Assembly (NCBI RefSeq): GCF_006345805.1
Contig: NC_043009.1
Coordinates: forward strand, 49,476,001-49,540,000
DNA from: Octopus sinensis
Taxonomy: Eukaryota
Length of the DNA: 64,000 bases
Direction of reading: 5' to 3'
The translations under genes and the position numbers were made by a program. The notes under the pieces were generated by a model that did no database searches, was not told the DNA's origin, and saw only the letters and a program-made list of their open reading frames with translations. How positions within the stretch are numbered: position 1 is the first letter of the stretch; each line of letters starts with the position of its first letter. This document shows, piece by piece, positions 38,300 through 52,500 of this stretch.

Positions 38300-38400
38300 T
38301 AGATAGAGAGATAGAGATATAGATGGATAAATAGATAGATAGATATATAGATAGATAGAGAGATAGATAGATAGATAGATAGATAGAGATAGAGAGAAAG
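38180..38400. repeat. Compound (GA)n/(GATA)n array
   Basis: Direct reading. Confidence 0.95.
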
Positions 38401-40320
38401 AGTGTATGCATGAAATTAAAGTGCATTTTCTTATTCTGTGCTTTTTTTTCTTTCTTTTCTTTCCAGAGGTGACGCATGACACAGTCACAAATGCACACAG
38501 GGCATATTGTTCGGTAAATGTAAAACAAACAAATGCCGGAGATGGATTATTAGTGGGAGGGTGAATGGTTGCGGCAGGTAGTCGATAATTGGAAAGTAGT
38601 GGCAAAGAAAGAAAGGGCATGTTGCATGTGCACAACATTTTATTTTAAAACCAGCAAAACAATGGACAGCATTTTTAAACAGCATTTCAACGAGGAAAAA
38701 TGTGCATAGAGTGCACTAGTGTGAGAGATCTGACATATCAGCCACATCCGCAGCTGCAATTTTTCACCATCTCAAAGCATTCTTTGAGTCTCTCTGATCT
38801 GGAACTACTAATTGTGCACCACATGTGCAGCTGGCTTGTAATTCAATAGCAAGTGCTGATGTCATTAACACAAACTTGAATGTTCACTCGTCTCCCATTT
38901 TAAAATGCATGTTTACAAATTCATTCGCAGCCAAACTTCTTTCTACAGTTTTCTCCTTCACTCTAAAACCTGTTGGTTGTAACCAAAATTTTACAAAACA
39001 ATAGAGAAAGAAAGGGAGGTAGGGGGGAAAAAACAGAGAACGGGGGGGGGGGTGAAAGAATGGCAAGAGAGAGAGAGAGAGAAAGAAAGTGAGAAACAAG
39101 CAAGGCATCTATGGTGGAATAAATTTGATTATTTTCAACAAGACTAGATAATTGATGACAACAGAAAAATAAAATAAACTTTTTAATTAATGTTTTTTCC
39201 TCTTCTTTTTACAGATGATTAAAACAAAGTAACTGAAAACAAAAAAATTTTAAATGAAGAAAGAAAAAAAAAATCAATTTCAAATTTTTCCTAAGATTTT
39301 TGCTATTCTTGCTTTTGTGTGTTATTTTATTTAAATTTCAATTTTAAACAACTACAATTGATGTTGGTATTCATACACAAAATAATTATTATGAGTATAT
39401 AATGGGTAATATAGCCAGGATAAATATTTAGTATTGACATGCTTGCTCTCCTTCCATGACTATGGTGACAAGGGAATCCACCATTCCCTTGTTTCTCATC
39501 AGAATTAGAATAAAATAAAATAAAATGAAAAAGCCATACAATAAATGTAAAGACTTCTTTGAGGGAAACTTCAGGGTCAAAACTTTATGATGAAATGGAT
39601 GACAGGGCACTCCTTTACCAAATGGTTTCAAACTAATTTATCAACAGCTAAACTGAGGCAATGAAGAACACAGAGTTCTATTCCAAAAATACAAGGAAAC
39701 ACCTTTAACAAATTTAAGCGCAAAACCTTCAAGTAGGCATAGCTGCCACATTCCAACCACTTGTCCAGGATGATAAGTAGTCCAGCCATGTTAACTTCAG
39801 GGAAACATTCTCAGGTAGTTGTAATGTTCACACCTTTTTTGAGAAACATTATCTCTTTTAACTGAAGAATTTACCTTTTGCTAAGTAATGACACTTCCAC
39901 TGTCTTCTACACTATTACACTTGTTAAATGGTACAAACAAACAATGCCATTTTATTTATAGAGTTAGTTCAAGATAATCGTGTTGTTGTACTAGTTGGTA
40001 ATTGTACTACATAGACAGGAGTTCAGTCCTTACTAAAACACACAGTACTGCTCATTTTAGGTTGCCCGACTGAAAGAAAAATGAAACAAGTTCCACTGAA
40101 ACTTTATAGCTGAGGGCTTTGAAGGACACATCACTGTATTAACATTTACTTACTCCTCCAAAACTTATTCTTTATTTCACAAAAAGTAAAAAGTGTACAA
40201 TTGTATATAAATATATAATATAATTACATAATCATAGAATCTTTTTGAATTTTTAAAAATTAATTATTCAAATCATGAGTTATTGAGTGAGAAGAACATT
40301 TGACTGAGTTTCTGGTAAAT

Positions 40321-40690
40321 GGCTTGTTTACCAACCACATGGTTCCAGGTTCAATCCCACTGTGTGGCAACTTGGGCAAGTGTCTTCTACTATAGCCTCG
40401 GGCCAACCAAAGCCTTGTGAGTGGATTTGGTAGACGGAAACTGAAAGAAGCCCGTCGTATATATATATGTATGTGTGTGTGTTTGTCTGTCTGTGTTTGT
40501 CCCTCTAGCATTGCTTGACAACCGATGCTGGTGTGTTTATGTCCCCATCACTTAGCGGTTCAGCAAAAAGAGACCGATAGAATAAGTACTGGGCTTACAA
40601 AGAATAAGTCCCGGGGTCGAGTTGCTCGATTAAAGGCGGTGCTCCAGCATGGCCACAGTCAAATGACTGAAACAAGTAAAAGAGTAAGAG
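40321..40690 (+). mobile_element. SINE family A, first ~25 bp missing
   Basis: Collinear and highly similar to 53110-53493, including the internal (TA)(TG) tract and the AAACAAGTAAAAGAGTAAGAG tail. Confidence 0.92.
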
Positions 40691-41839
40691 TATATCCTAT
40701 CAATGGCACAGCCAAGACAATTGGCTTACCCTAATCTGACTTATCTATTTGAGGAAGTGATACCACTTTCTAACCTGAGACAAGCTCTGATCCAACAGAC
40801 CTGCCTAAGATCAAAAATATTTTGCCACTTTCTAATGTATTATATCTAGGATCACATTCCACAATATGTCTGTCCTTTTTCAAAATGGTAGGATGTGATG
40901 GTGGACAGATTTGATGACTATTTCTAGTGGAGTAAGCAACCACTGACTAGTATGAATAAGTAGGCAATTATGGATTGGAACAAATCCCAGCTTTACCAAC
41001 AAGATTACTGTATAATTACTGTGTTTATTTACTGAGCAAACTGAGTTCAATTTCTGTTATGTTTGAGCCATGAAGGAAGAGCTCAGTATCAATACTGTTG
41101 CCTCTATGCTAAAATGTATTTGAAATGAACAAAACACTGTTGAGAACTGAGCAAGCTTCATTTATACACAAATATATCAACTAAATAGCTCTATATCCTA
41201 ACTGTCTATCATTTGCAGATATCTTTCAACAAATAAATTTTCTGTTTAAGAATACCTGAACATCGTGACCTTTTAAGATGATGCTGATGCAATGACAATT
41301 TCAAGGAGAAAAACCTGACAAAATTTTCTCTAGCAGATTAACTTTCTTTTTTTTCTAATATATTTTTCCTTCTTTCTTACAACCACTCAGGAAAATGGAA
41401 TGAAACATGAAATTCTAGCAACAAATAGTTATGAAATTCTCTCAAGTGATTTGTTTGTTATATGTAAGGCATGAGTCACAGTAATATCACATACAGGTCA
41501 CAACAATATCTAGCCAACCACACAACCAATCAAATCTAGTGCAGTGAGAATTTATAAAAAGCAACAAACATATTTTCAGGTTTCAGATCATAATTCTTTT
41601 TTTTTTGTGTGTGTGTGTGTGTTATTAAAGAAAAAAAAGGATGTTTAGAGTTCCTTTTAAGAAAATATCAAAACCCAAATAGTAATAATAATAATATTTC
41701 TTGTAATAACAAGATACAGGCAAAGTTAGGCTTTCAATTCTAGGAGTCAATAAATGGCTTTTATCAAAATGCTTCATTTCGAAAAGATGCCAAAAAAATA
41801 AAGATGCTAAAATATGGAAAGTAAAATTTAAAAATATTT

Positions 41840-41901
41840 TATATATGTGTGTATATACATATGAATATATATGTATGTATGTGTGTGTATATGTGTATGT
41901 G

Positions 41902-41932
<31 letters not shown>

Positions 41933-41953
41933 GTGTATGTGTATATATATGTG

Positions 41954-41996
<43 letters not shown>

Positions 41997-42030
41997 ATGT
42001 GTATGTGTATATATATATATATATATATGA
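41840..42030. repeat. (TA)n/(TG)n compound microsatellite
   Basis: Direct reading. Confidence 0.95.
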
Positions 42031-45000
42031 AATAATATCCTTTTTTTTTTTCCACAAAAATAATAATGGATTCTAAAATGTCGTTTAAAGATCCTGATTG
42101 AAAATGATTTCTAGAATTCCAAAACTAAAATATAAAAAAAGATAAATATAAAAAGTACTAAAAAAAATGATAACTGTTACAAGAAGAAAAAATGATTATT
42201 CATAACAAAGATGGAAAAAGAGTGTGAAATTTCAAGTTTATTGGCCTTTATCACATTTATGCTCAGTGAGTTTATATGCGTCTTAGTATTCAGCCAAATC
42301 TTTTGGTGTCTGCCAGCAAAGAATAGAGAAATAGAATCTTATTCATTCTTAATAAATAAATAAATAAAAGGCGAGAAATAAAATAGATTCTTATGAAAGA
42401 AAAAAAAAAAGAAAGGAAGAAAAGAAAAGTAACGAAAAGCTTGATAAAATGCTGACATTATTCAGATCACTACACTTTGTCTGGATATATGAATTAAAGC
42501 TGAGAATTTTGTGTAAATCATTTTAGATTTTTCTGTGATCAAAATCAATATCAAAATTTGGTAAGAAACCAAAGTATTTTGATACATACACACACACACA
42601 CATATATACATACACACACACACATATATATACACACACACACACATGAGTTTGTATGTGTTTGAATGTTACATGTCTGTGATTGTGTGAATTGTGTGTA
42701 GATGGGCGTGCGTGTGTGTGTGTATATATACATATATATGTGGATGGGTGCACACACATACACACATATATATTTATATATATAATGTATGTATGCATGG
42801 TATGTTATGAAGTCAGTAATTTGAATAAGCAGGATATTCTTCTGCTGGTGGTAAGTATATGTCAACTCGTTCAGCAGTTTAGAAGATAACAAAGCATATA
42901 TGTTGTACAATATATGAATGAGTGCAATTATTGCATGGAGGTTGGGTCTGTGCATTCAAAAGTTTTATTTTTCCATTTTGATTTTTTTTTCGATAAATAT
43001 TTCTATACCGTTAGAAGTTATTAGAATAGAAATTTTAGTTAAAAGAATATTTAACTTTTTCATCTAAAACATCTTCGGCATGCTTGTTGCATATCATTCA
43101 AACACATGGTAAACATGCCTCAGTGACTATCTATATTTGGGGTTGTTACATTATCTAAATTACCAATACAAAGCTGCTAACTACTGTAAAGAGTATATAT
43201 ATTGTTTTTATATTATAGTAGGTTTTAGTCAGAGTAATAGCTGGGGTTAATGCAAGCCATCTGTATTGAGCCTAACCGTAAAAATACAAGAAAAGTCCAT
43301 ATTTATAAACATACAAATCCTAACACATGTATTCAAGCTAGAGATGTTCAAATAGTTGACTCAAACCATTTTTTTCCCCTAAAATTTTTCCATTATTTTC
43401 ATCTTAGAATAAAACAGTTTATTTTTGAGTGTATTTAAAGAAAGAAAACAAAAATGATTATAGCTTTTAGTTTTAAACAAACACTTCTTAGTATTTCCAA
43501 CAGCACATGCATGGTTCAAAATACTCGGTGCAAAAGTCACCCTGATGGAAACAAACTGCAAAACATAAATAAACAAGGAAAATAAACAGGTAGAGAAGAA
43601 GAACTTAACGGTTACATGTTGGATGGCAGGGGTTGAAGAGAATGTTATCTGAAACCTTTTGACATCCACCCAAATCTTAAAGATGATTTATCAACTTTTT
43701 TTCTTTTATGTTCTATCTCCTTGGTATTTTAATCAAATATCAGAGCAAAAATAAATATTCCTCAGATTTGCCAAAAAAAAAATAAAACTGAAAACTAAAA
43801 TATAAAAATAAAGATAAATTACTTAATCCTCTACTTGATAAAATTTTCTGCAAATAAATATAAATGACCTTCCTTCTACCAGAGGCATGCAGAGGGGACC
43901 AATAGAGAGTATGTAGAGAGGGCAAGGATTAAATGGGGCATGTGAGTGGGTTTAACATCCCTGAAAAAAGGGGTAATGAACAATGATATAAATTACACAA
44001 GAGGAATTTTGTTTTCCTTATCACAAGTGTTGGATTATTTTCTTGATATGCAAAAAAGGGGGGTAAAAAAACAAAAGAAAAGAAAAAAAAATCTAATGTT
44101 TCAGATGTGAAACAATTGTAAATTGTCTCATTTGAGATAAGGTTATCAGTTATGGAGTGGATTGAGACTGGCCAGCCAGATCTTGTAAGATTATTCAGTG
44201 GAAATGGAACTGATTGAGTTGCTAGACTCTTAAGTAGAAAGAAAGAGTCATTGGTTAGGTTACTGCAAATGTCAAGGGAGATTGTAGATCTTGAGAGAGG
44301 AGAGTAGTGCTGAATAGTGTAGTGCATTGCTTTCTCAACAGAATAATGGCAAAAAATTGAAATATTTGCATGGAAGAAATATAACCCCTTGGAAATAAGA
44401 ACTAATTAAGTAAAATGAGAAAAGAAATAAGGAAAGGAACTAAATATAGAAAAAGAAAAAAAATTTTGCATTGCTTTCCTCTTTATCTTTTAGATGTTCG
44501 GGAGAAGTTGAATAAAACTACTGTCTGGCAACTGATTCAAATCTGTCATTTGTTGGTCTTTCTCTATAGAGCTTTAGTTCATTTTATCCAGACATAATAG
44601 TATGTATGTAGTATGTATAATCAAATTATATTAGATGTTATAATAAGGTACAGAGATAACTGAAATCTTTACTGGGATTTCTTATATGACAAGTCGATAT
44701 TTATTCAATCATCATTGGCTAGAGAAGGCAGAAGCAAAATGGTTTTAGTAAATTTGGCAATGAATTATTGGCTCCTAGGTGTTGAGTTCAAATCCACCAC
44801 AGGAGTATATTTCATTTGTGTATTTGGGCCCTACACTTGAGTTACAAACATAACTTGCATTAGACATAGTACCATCTAGAAGTGATACTAATGTTCTTTA
44901 TATTTTTAGTGGTAACCTGTCATGTACTTCACATTATGAAACTACATGATGATGGGGAGGGGGAATATAGTTGCCCTTAAAACACCCTTTTTAAAAAAAA

Positions 45001-45054
45001 TATTAACAGACTGTCATTAAGGAGCACTGTAAGTGAGCGATTAAGGCAGGCTGT

Positions 45055-45250
45055 TTTGTCATTCAACCTGTTAGAAATAGTAGGCAATTCTCCCCCATAT
45101 CGCAATCCATCTTAGAAAATGAACACAGAAACAAAATGGAAAAATGAAATAACTAATAAAATAAAAAAAAGATGGGATAATTAAAGCTGAAAAGTTTTAA
45201 CTATAGATCTGCTTGAACACAATTTACCTGGGGTCTATACAACAACTATA
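45055..45250 (+). mobile_element. Family E copy
   Basis: GTCATTCAACCTGTTAGAAATAGTAGGCAATTCTCCC and TATAGATCTGCTTGAACACAATTTACCTGGGGTCTATACAACAAC. Confidence 0.6.
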
Positions 45251-45962
45251 TTGAACGTAAGGCATTCATGCATAAACCTGTGGGATTCTGCAAGCCAGCA
45301 CGGTTGAAATAAAGTGGAAGCCATTCCAGCCCCATCTTCACACCTAGAACCCTATGTATGCACTTGTCCTTTCCATCTTCAATACATTTCTTTGAAAAGA
45401 AGATTAAAAAATAAATCCAGACTATTCAATTGCATCAAATATTTCCTCCAGGAAAGTGAGAGGCAATGAAACAAACAGACAGCATATCTATGGTATGTCA
45501 TCCTTAAAAAATAGCCTCAAAATTACTCATAAATGACAAGGATAAAATAATTCAGATCACTGCACAGGAGCCATTTAATGAAGGAGCTGAGTCAAGTACT
45601 CATTATTTTATATTAATTTTCTAAACAAGATTACAGGGAAAGATTTCTGTTTTGAATTTTCCCCTTCATTTGCTTAGGAATTTAAACCAGCAACAGCAGT
45701 GACAACAACAACAACAACAATTGCTAAATTAAATAATCCCTTGAAAGCTATTAATTTACCATAGAGGTTATTCTATTAACTTTCAGTATTTAGTTGTCTC
45801 GAAGCATAAATAAGTATGTCCTTTTCTCAAAATATGGAATTAGTTTTGAAAACTACTTAGTTTTATAAAATGAATAACTAAAAAGAAAAAAAAAATATAA
45901 TTGACAATATAATTTGCTTAATAAGGATCTGTTTTATTTTACAATTAATACTCTGATGATAT

Positions 45963-46058
45963 AGGTAAAGGCGTGGCTGTGTGGGCTAAGAAGCTTGCTT
46001 CCTCACCATGTGGTCTCAGGTTCAGTCGTACTATGCAGCAAGTGTCTTTTACTGTAGA
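45963..46058 (+). mobile_element. SINE family A head fragment
   Basis: GGCGTGGCTGTGTGGGCTAAGAAGCTTGCTTCCTCACCATGTGGTCTCAGGTTCAGTC..GCAAGTGTCTTTTACTGTAG. Confidence 0.75.
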
Positions 46059-46119
46059 TCTTTTGAAAGGTTGTGTGTTTCTGTATCATATGAAAGCATC
46101 AAAGAATGAAAATTGCTAC

Positions 46120-46510
46120 AGGGGTAAGTCAATTATATCAAACTTTATATTTGACTGGTACTATATTTTATCAACCATGGAAGGATGAATGGCAAAGCTG
46201 ATCTCAGTAGGATTTGAACTCAGAAGATACAGAGCTGCAACAAATACCGGAATGTATTTATCTAATGCTCTAACAATTTGGCCAAACTACAACCCTTTTA
46301 ATAATAACTGTGTTTGTCAAAAGTACAAGACCAGATATTTGAAGGAGAAAATAGTTCATTGATTTGATGCCAGTACTTGACTGGTACTGGTTTTTAACAT
46401 CAATCGACTCAGAGGCATGAAAGCCAAAGTTGACCTCAGGATATAAGATATGTTAAGTAAATAGTGAAGACTATTTTGTCCAATGCTTTACTGATTATGT
46501 CAATAAACTA
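46120..46510 (-). mobile_element. Two tandem degenerate B-family copies (~46120-46290 and ~46310-46510)
   Basis: Each contains TTGACTGGTAC followed by GAA..GCAAAG/CCAAAGTTGA(C/T)CTC; they are separated by AATAATAAC. Confidence 0.65.
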
Positions 46511-46665
46511 GCCTCTAATTAGCCCAAAATCATTTTTATTCAGAAATTTGGGAATCGATTGGATTATCTCTATTTAACAACAGTTTTGTTTTTATTGAAC
46601 CTTTAAAGATGTCAAGCAAAGTTGACTTCTTTGAGATTTGAACATGGAATGTAAGACAAAATGAC

Positions 46666-46894
46666 TTAACCCTTTCATTACTGTATTTATTTTGAGATGC
46701 TCTGTATTTCTTTCAATTACTTTACATATAACAAAGAATTTAGTAAAATAACTTAGTTATCATTAAGCTAGTGTTAGGAATATAAATTGTGACTAAGGTT
46801 TGGTGGAAGATTTTAATTCAAAACTTATGAAAACAAGACATTTGTACTACAGAGCCAGAGCCGGTTTCAGCCGGGTTGGTAACAAAAGAGTTAA
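46666..46894 (+). mobile_element. piggyBac-type MITE, second copy
   Basis: TTAA-CCCTTTCATTAC...GTAACAAAAGAG-TTAA; same length as, and roughly 90% identical by eye to, 36932-37160. Confidence 0.85.
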
Positions 46895-47091
46895 GAGGAT
46901 GTATTTAGGAATTCATATTAGCAATCTACCAATTCTACCACAATAGTTTGCAGCAACAACAGCAACAACATAGTTAATAATTCTAGGTAAAAAATAATAT
47001 GCCAAGAGGGTAAAAATTAACAAAAACATGTGTAAAATGTACGAGCCCAAGTCAAAAAGCAAATCATTACAGTCGCCACCGTCACCACACA

Positions 47092-47137
<46 letters not shown>

Positions 47138-47848
47138 GAGATATACACAAACAAGGATATAAATATACAGAAATTATATAAACATACACATTTATGCAAG
47201 CATACATATTTATGCACACACACACACATATATATATATATGTACATATGTATGCACATAAACACAAACATACATATGTATATACAAACATACTCATACG
47301 TAATACATTTTTTTTCTTCAGTATTGCAATCCTTATATATCTGGTTACAAGTAGAAGCGGATAGATAAGAGTTATTCTAAAATGCGATGTGATGTGATTA
47401 TGATAACAGACTCTGAAAATAGACGGGGAAATGAAAGATAGAGATCAAACAATGATATGTATTGTTCATTGAGTAAATATGAGAAAGTAGTCTGGTAGTG
47501 CTAGATATTTCACAATCTGTTCAAGACTGCTACTACTCCACCCACTAAACACTGATTTCCATTCTGTCCAAGACCATAAGTAAGATGTAGGATCTAAATT
47601 TAGAGATAAATCTCCAGGAATTTGAAGACAACGAGGTCATCAGACCTTTTAAAAGGAGGCTGCTATAAAATGTTTGTCTGTTTGTCATTCGATACCCCTC
47701 GCAAAAATGATAATAAATTTGCATAAATATTCTATCAGTCTATCTCCACATTCTACACATGTATGTTCTAGTGTAAGGATAATTCTATGCATATACATTT
47801 TTACACACACATTCAGTTATATATACATATAGAGAGGGATAAAAATGC

Positions 47849-47889
<41 letters not shown>

Positions 47890-48856
47890 TATATACACAT
47901 ACATATAACTTACATACACACATATCCATACACACACACACACACATGCACACATATATACATACACAGTATGAATAAATAAGTGAAACTTTATCTCTTT
48001 AGTCTTTCATTTCTTGACAAATCTCTAATGAGACAACATCGTCAAACTCATCAGTGATTCTAGCTGATGAAGTTCCTGTTCTGTATCCGTGGGTTATATT
48101 TTCAGAGCAAGCCTATTATTAAACATATTGTGTGTATACGATTTGTGCATGCATATTTATCCTTCTCCTACCCAATAGCCATGGAAAACTCTGTCTGGGG
48201 CAAAATTCTGAGAAGAATTCTCAGCATGTAGAGCAAATGTATCTATCGTCTCTCTTCTCTGTGCAGCGTATTGAGTTCTTTATCAGATAATGTTTACATT
48301 ACATAAAATATATTTCTAACATATTTCACAACTTTTATATTACGAAGCACATACAGACACACACACATGGAAGTATACATATAGTGAGAGACACAGAAAG
48401 ATTGTTTGTACAGATATTTGTTACCAGAATGAGACACACTCATACATACACATATTACAATGAAAGTAATATTTAAAAAAAAGTGGTTTCTGATAGAATA
48501 TCTTATAATCTCTAATTCCATAGATTTTAGAATCTTGTGCATTGCCCCACATTATACAAATGGTTGCATTTATCAGATGCACTATGACAAACACACATTC
48601 TAACACATGCATATGCACACACTTGCATGCATGATTACACATACAGCTCTCTCTCTCTCTCTCTCTCTAGTTTTTCCTCTCTAATTTATATATACTGTGT
48701 ATCTTTCTTTCATTAGCCTCTCTCCTTTCCAACCCTATTTCTAATGTCACTTTCTCTTTCATTTCTCAGTCCTTCTCTCTCTCTCTCTCTCCCTCTCTGT
48801 AGTTCACCTTTCTCAATACATCATTTCACTTATTTCTATCACTGATACACCTTCGA

Positions 48857-48891
<35 letters not shown>

Positions 48892-49469
48892 TCTGTCCTT
48901 CAGTTTCCCCCACTTCTCTCTTTTCAAACACACATAGTATGTGTATATGTGTTATCATCAATACACACTCAAACACACATACACACATGCATGTAAATAT
49001 AGTTATGTATAGATAAATGCTTTTACTATATACATAAGTGCATATGTGTAGAAGTGAATATATGTGCATGCAAGCATGTGCATGTATGTATGTGTGTGTG
49101 AGAGTATATATGTTTCTCTCGCTCTCAATCCATCTCTTATCTCTTGTTTCTCTCTACTTACTAATTCTGAAGCCGATTAAATATAATATAAAAAAAGCAT
49201 CATCACCAACAACATCAACAAGCTCCCAAAACTTGATTCTTTTTCTTCCCTTTTTTTTAAGTTCTTAGAAATAGTAGTTTGAATAAATAAATATCCATAC
49301 AAAATGTAAGAAAATATATCATAAGAAAAAACATCGCTAACAAATATACATATATATATATATATATATACATGCATACATATATATATATATATATGCA
49401 TACATATATATATATATATATGCATACATACATATATATATGAATGAGAGGGGTGGGGGGACAGCAAGA

Positions 49470-50000
49470 GGAAGAAAAGAGAGAGAGAGAGTGATAGAAT
49501 GCAGGACAGAAAAGGGGAGTAGAAGAGATGAGAGACTAGGGGGGAAAAAGATGGGGAAAGAGAGAAAAGAGAGGAGGTAAAACAGTTTTAAAAAGGCAAT
49601 GGAAAGAAAGAAAAGAGGAGAGATAGGGGAAAAAGAGAGGTAGATAGAGGGGAGAGGGTGAAAAGAAGAAAAAAGACAGAGAGGAGAGAGAGTGAGAAGA
49701 GGACAAAGAAATAAGGTGAGAGAGACAGAGAGAGAGAGAGATGGGGGTCGGGGTCGTTAAGAGATGTGAAAGAAAAAGATAGGAAAAGATGGGAGAGAGA
49801 GAGAGAGAGAGAGAGGGGGAGGGAGGAAACAGTAAATGAGAAAGATAAGGGAAATAAAGGGAGAGAAATATAAGAGGAAGGCAAAGGATAGGGATGGAGG
49901 TATGCAAAGGAAATCAGTTATAGATATGGTATTGAGAAAGAGAGGGAGAGTTATGGAGCAATGTGAAGTGAAAGGAAAAGATGAGAAGGAAGAAGTCTCT
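49470..50000. repeat. Purine-rich (GA) low-complexity tract
   Basis: The + strand is almost all A/G. Confidence 0.9.
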
Positions 50001-50638
50001 CTCTCTCTCTCTCCTTCTCTTCCTCTCTCCCTCCCTCTCTCTCTTTGAGGCACTGTCAAGTTTTACATAGAAGCCTTGCACAATAGACTTTCTCCTGTTT
50101 TTGAAGAATATCAAAAGTATTTTCTTCCATTGATGCAACTGCTAGGGAAACCTATTCATCTTGCCCACTGTGCTATCAATTGGAGATCATGGCAGCAGGC
50201 AGAAAGGTGTGTGTGTGTGTGTGGTGATGGTGATGGTAGTGGTGGTGGAATGAGAGAATTATGGAGTGGTGGTGGCTAGTGGAAGTGAACATGAGTGTAC
50301 GTGTGGTGGTGGTGGAGGAGTGTGGGGAGCTGGGGGTGGGGGGAATAAAATGGAAAATATTTTTCAAGAAGAACCTTTGGTTCAGAGATGTAAAGGACTG
50401 CTGGAATTCAAATTAACAAATAATTACATGTAAGCTTTATACTATATAACTCACTTGCAAAGACGGGGGGGGGGGACGATGAAGAAATCTCAATGTTTCT
50501 GCTGATGGTGATGATGATGATGATGATATTTTGTCTCAGAGACTAGATAGGCACCAGGAGTTTTATGCTGACTCATTCATAAGCTTGTGTATTATCATAG
50601 AGGTTGACACTACAAGGGACATTCAGCCATAAAATACC

Positions 50639-50669
<31 letters not shown>

Positions 50670-50705
<36 letters not shown>

Positions 50706-50965
50706 GTTTCAGATTTAGGCACATGGCCAGCAATTTTGAGGGGAGTAGTATTTGTAGTAGTAGTAGTGGTGGTGGTGGTGGTGGTAGTAGTAGTAGTAGT
50801 AGATACCATTGACTCTGTCTGGTACAAGACTGGTACTTTATTTTATTGACTCTGGAGAGATGAAAGGCAAAGTTGACCTTGGCAGAATTTGAACTCACTC
50901 AGAAGATAAACCACCTCAACTAAATTGCTGTATAGCATTTTGTTGGGTATCATAACAATTCTGCC
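50670..50965 (-). mobile_element. SINE family B, B2 tail, with an internal (GTA/GTG)n expansion
   Basis: (AAT)n tail, GGTTTCAGATTTAGGCACATGGCCAGCAATTTTGAGGGG, a microsatellite at 50752-50801, GACTGGTACTTTATTTTATTGAC, GATGAAAGGCAAAGTTGACCTTGG, and head AATTCTGCCA. Confidence 0.8.
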
Positions 50966-51679
50966 AATCAATCAATCAATCAATAATAATCCTGGGTATT
51001 GGAACAAATTAACTTTACTCTGCTAGATATAAAAATACCAACCAATCAACCAATAAAATACCAGTAATAATACACCATGTCAAGAAGGTGGTGAATGTAA
51101 CTACATAGTAAATAGGGGTATAAATGGAGGGAGCAGAATTTAAAGGTAAAAAAAGGAAAGAAAGAACAGAAAAGGATCTATTTTAAAATTGTGGTTTTAA
51201 GGAAATTGACCAACCTCAAACCAACTTAGTTCCTAAACATATTCAGTATATTAAAAACCTGATAAGGATGAAAGCCAAGCTAGGGTTTAAAGAGTCATAA
51301 ATCTCTTTACAACAGAGAACTTATCCTCCAATATATATCTCACATATACATAGAGAGAGAGAGAGAGAAAGAAAGAGAGAGGATTTCTTTAGATGAAGTG
51401 CAAGGCTGGCTTTATTGACTACAGTATCTTACCTGTGCTTACTTTATCAATGAAGAAGTAAAAGGTAAAAGTTGAAAAATCAATTCTGATCCAGGTGGGA
51501 TTTGGATATAAGAAGACCACGAGGAACCAAAGAAGATATAATTAATCACCTAGACTGGTGCTTCCAGCTATAGCAGAATGATAACAACAAATAGAACCTT
51601 ATGAAGATTTTTTTTCTTTTTTATGGAGAACACAGATAATGGTTACACTTAAAAGGAATGGTGAAATATCATATACAAA

Positions 51680-51898
51680 TATATGTGTGTGTGCATATAT
51701 ATATAAATACATATATATATGCTGTATGCACATGAGTGCGCATATGCATATACTTATATGTATACATGCATATATGAACATAAGTATATTTGCATGCATA
51801 TACAAACACACATGTATACGTGTATGTTTGTATATATATATATATATGCATGTACATATATGTATACATGCACAGATACACACGTGTGTATGTGTGTG

Positions 51899-51936
<38 letters not shown>

Positions 51937-51965
51937 CACACACACACATTCATATATATATATAT
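51680..51965. repeat. (TA)n/(TG)n/(CA)n compound array
   Basis: Direct reading. Confidence 0.95.
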
Positions 51966-52260
51966 CCTCTAAATAAAGCTCTGTAGAAATCTAAGACATG
52001 ACACATTCTTTATGGTATGAAGAAGCCACAAGGTTAGTTTCCATTCCCTTGGGGAAGGAAAATGTCAAAACAAAATTATTATTGATTAACTTACTCATTT
52101 TACTTATCTATTTTTGATATGAGAGTTGTTGTCAGACAAGGTCAAAATGTTAGTGAATGAAAGAAACACATTAGAAAGAAACTATGTTACCATAGACTAG
52201 TTAGTATATAATATATTATATTTCAAAGCAGAGAAACCATGGCTCACATGAGCCAATGTG

Positions 52261-52500
52261 GAGAGCCTCTGTGTCGTTGCTAAACCTGGTAGAAATAGCA
52301 GAAACATTTCTCTGAAATCAGAAGCTGTCTACTTAAAAAGAAAACAACACAATGAATAATGTAGCCTTAGATACGCAACATCACCACCACAAGAAAAAAA
52401 AAATAGATAAAAAGCGATGTTCTTGCCTGGAATGTCTTTGATCGTAGGTCTGCGTGATCAGAGCTGACCTCTGGCTAAACAACAACAACAACAACAACAT
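52261..52500 (+). mobile_element. Family E, best-preserved copy, (AAC)n tail
   Basis: GAGAGCCTCTGTGTCGTTGCTAAACCTGGTAGAAATAGCAG, AATAATGTAGCCTTAGATAC, CTGGAATGTCTTTGATCGTAGGTCTGC and GAGCTGACCTCTGGCTAAACAACAACAAC. About nine related copies occur in the window. Confidence 0.75.

Noticed and set aside
39468-39492. 10-bp hairpin next to CTGATGAG on the minus strand (hammerhead-like)
   Set aside because: No GAAA follows the stem, so the catalytic core is incomplete.
41391-41463. Plus-strand exon candidate (ENGMKHEILATNSYEILSSDLFVI)
   Set aside because: Splice-like sites are present, but the peptide is unrecognisable and I found no partner exons.
43929-44327. 132-aa minus-strand ORF
   Set aside because: No recognisable motif; it includes poly-F from a T-run.
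47980-48112. Hammerhead-like CTGATGAG...GAAA on the minus strand, and a possible terminal exon (ACSENITHGYRTG...EMKD*)
   Set aside because: Stem II lacks the conserved G-C closing pair and stem III is not followed by a UH cleavage triplet. The peptide has no recognisable homology and only a weak acceptor.
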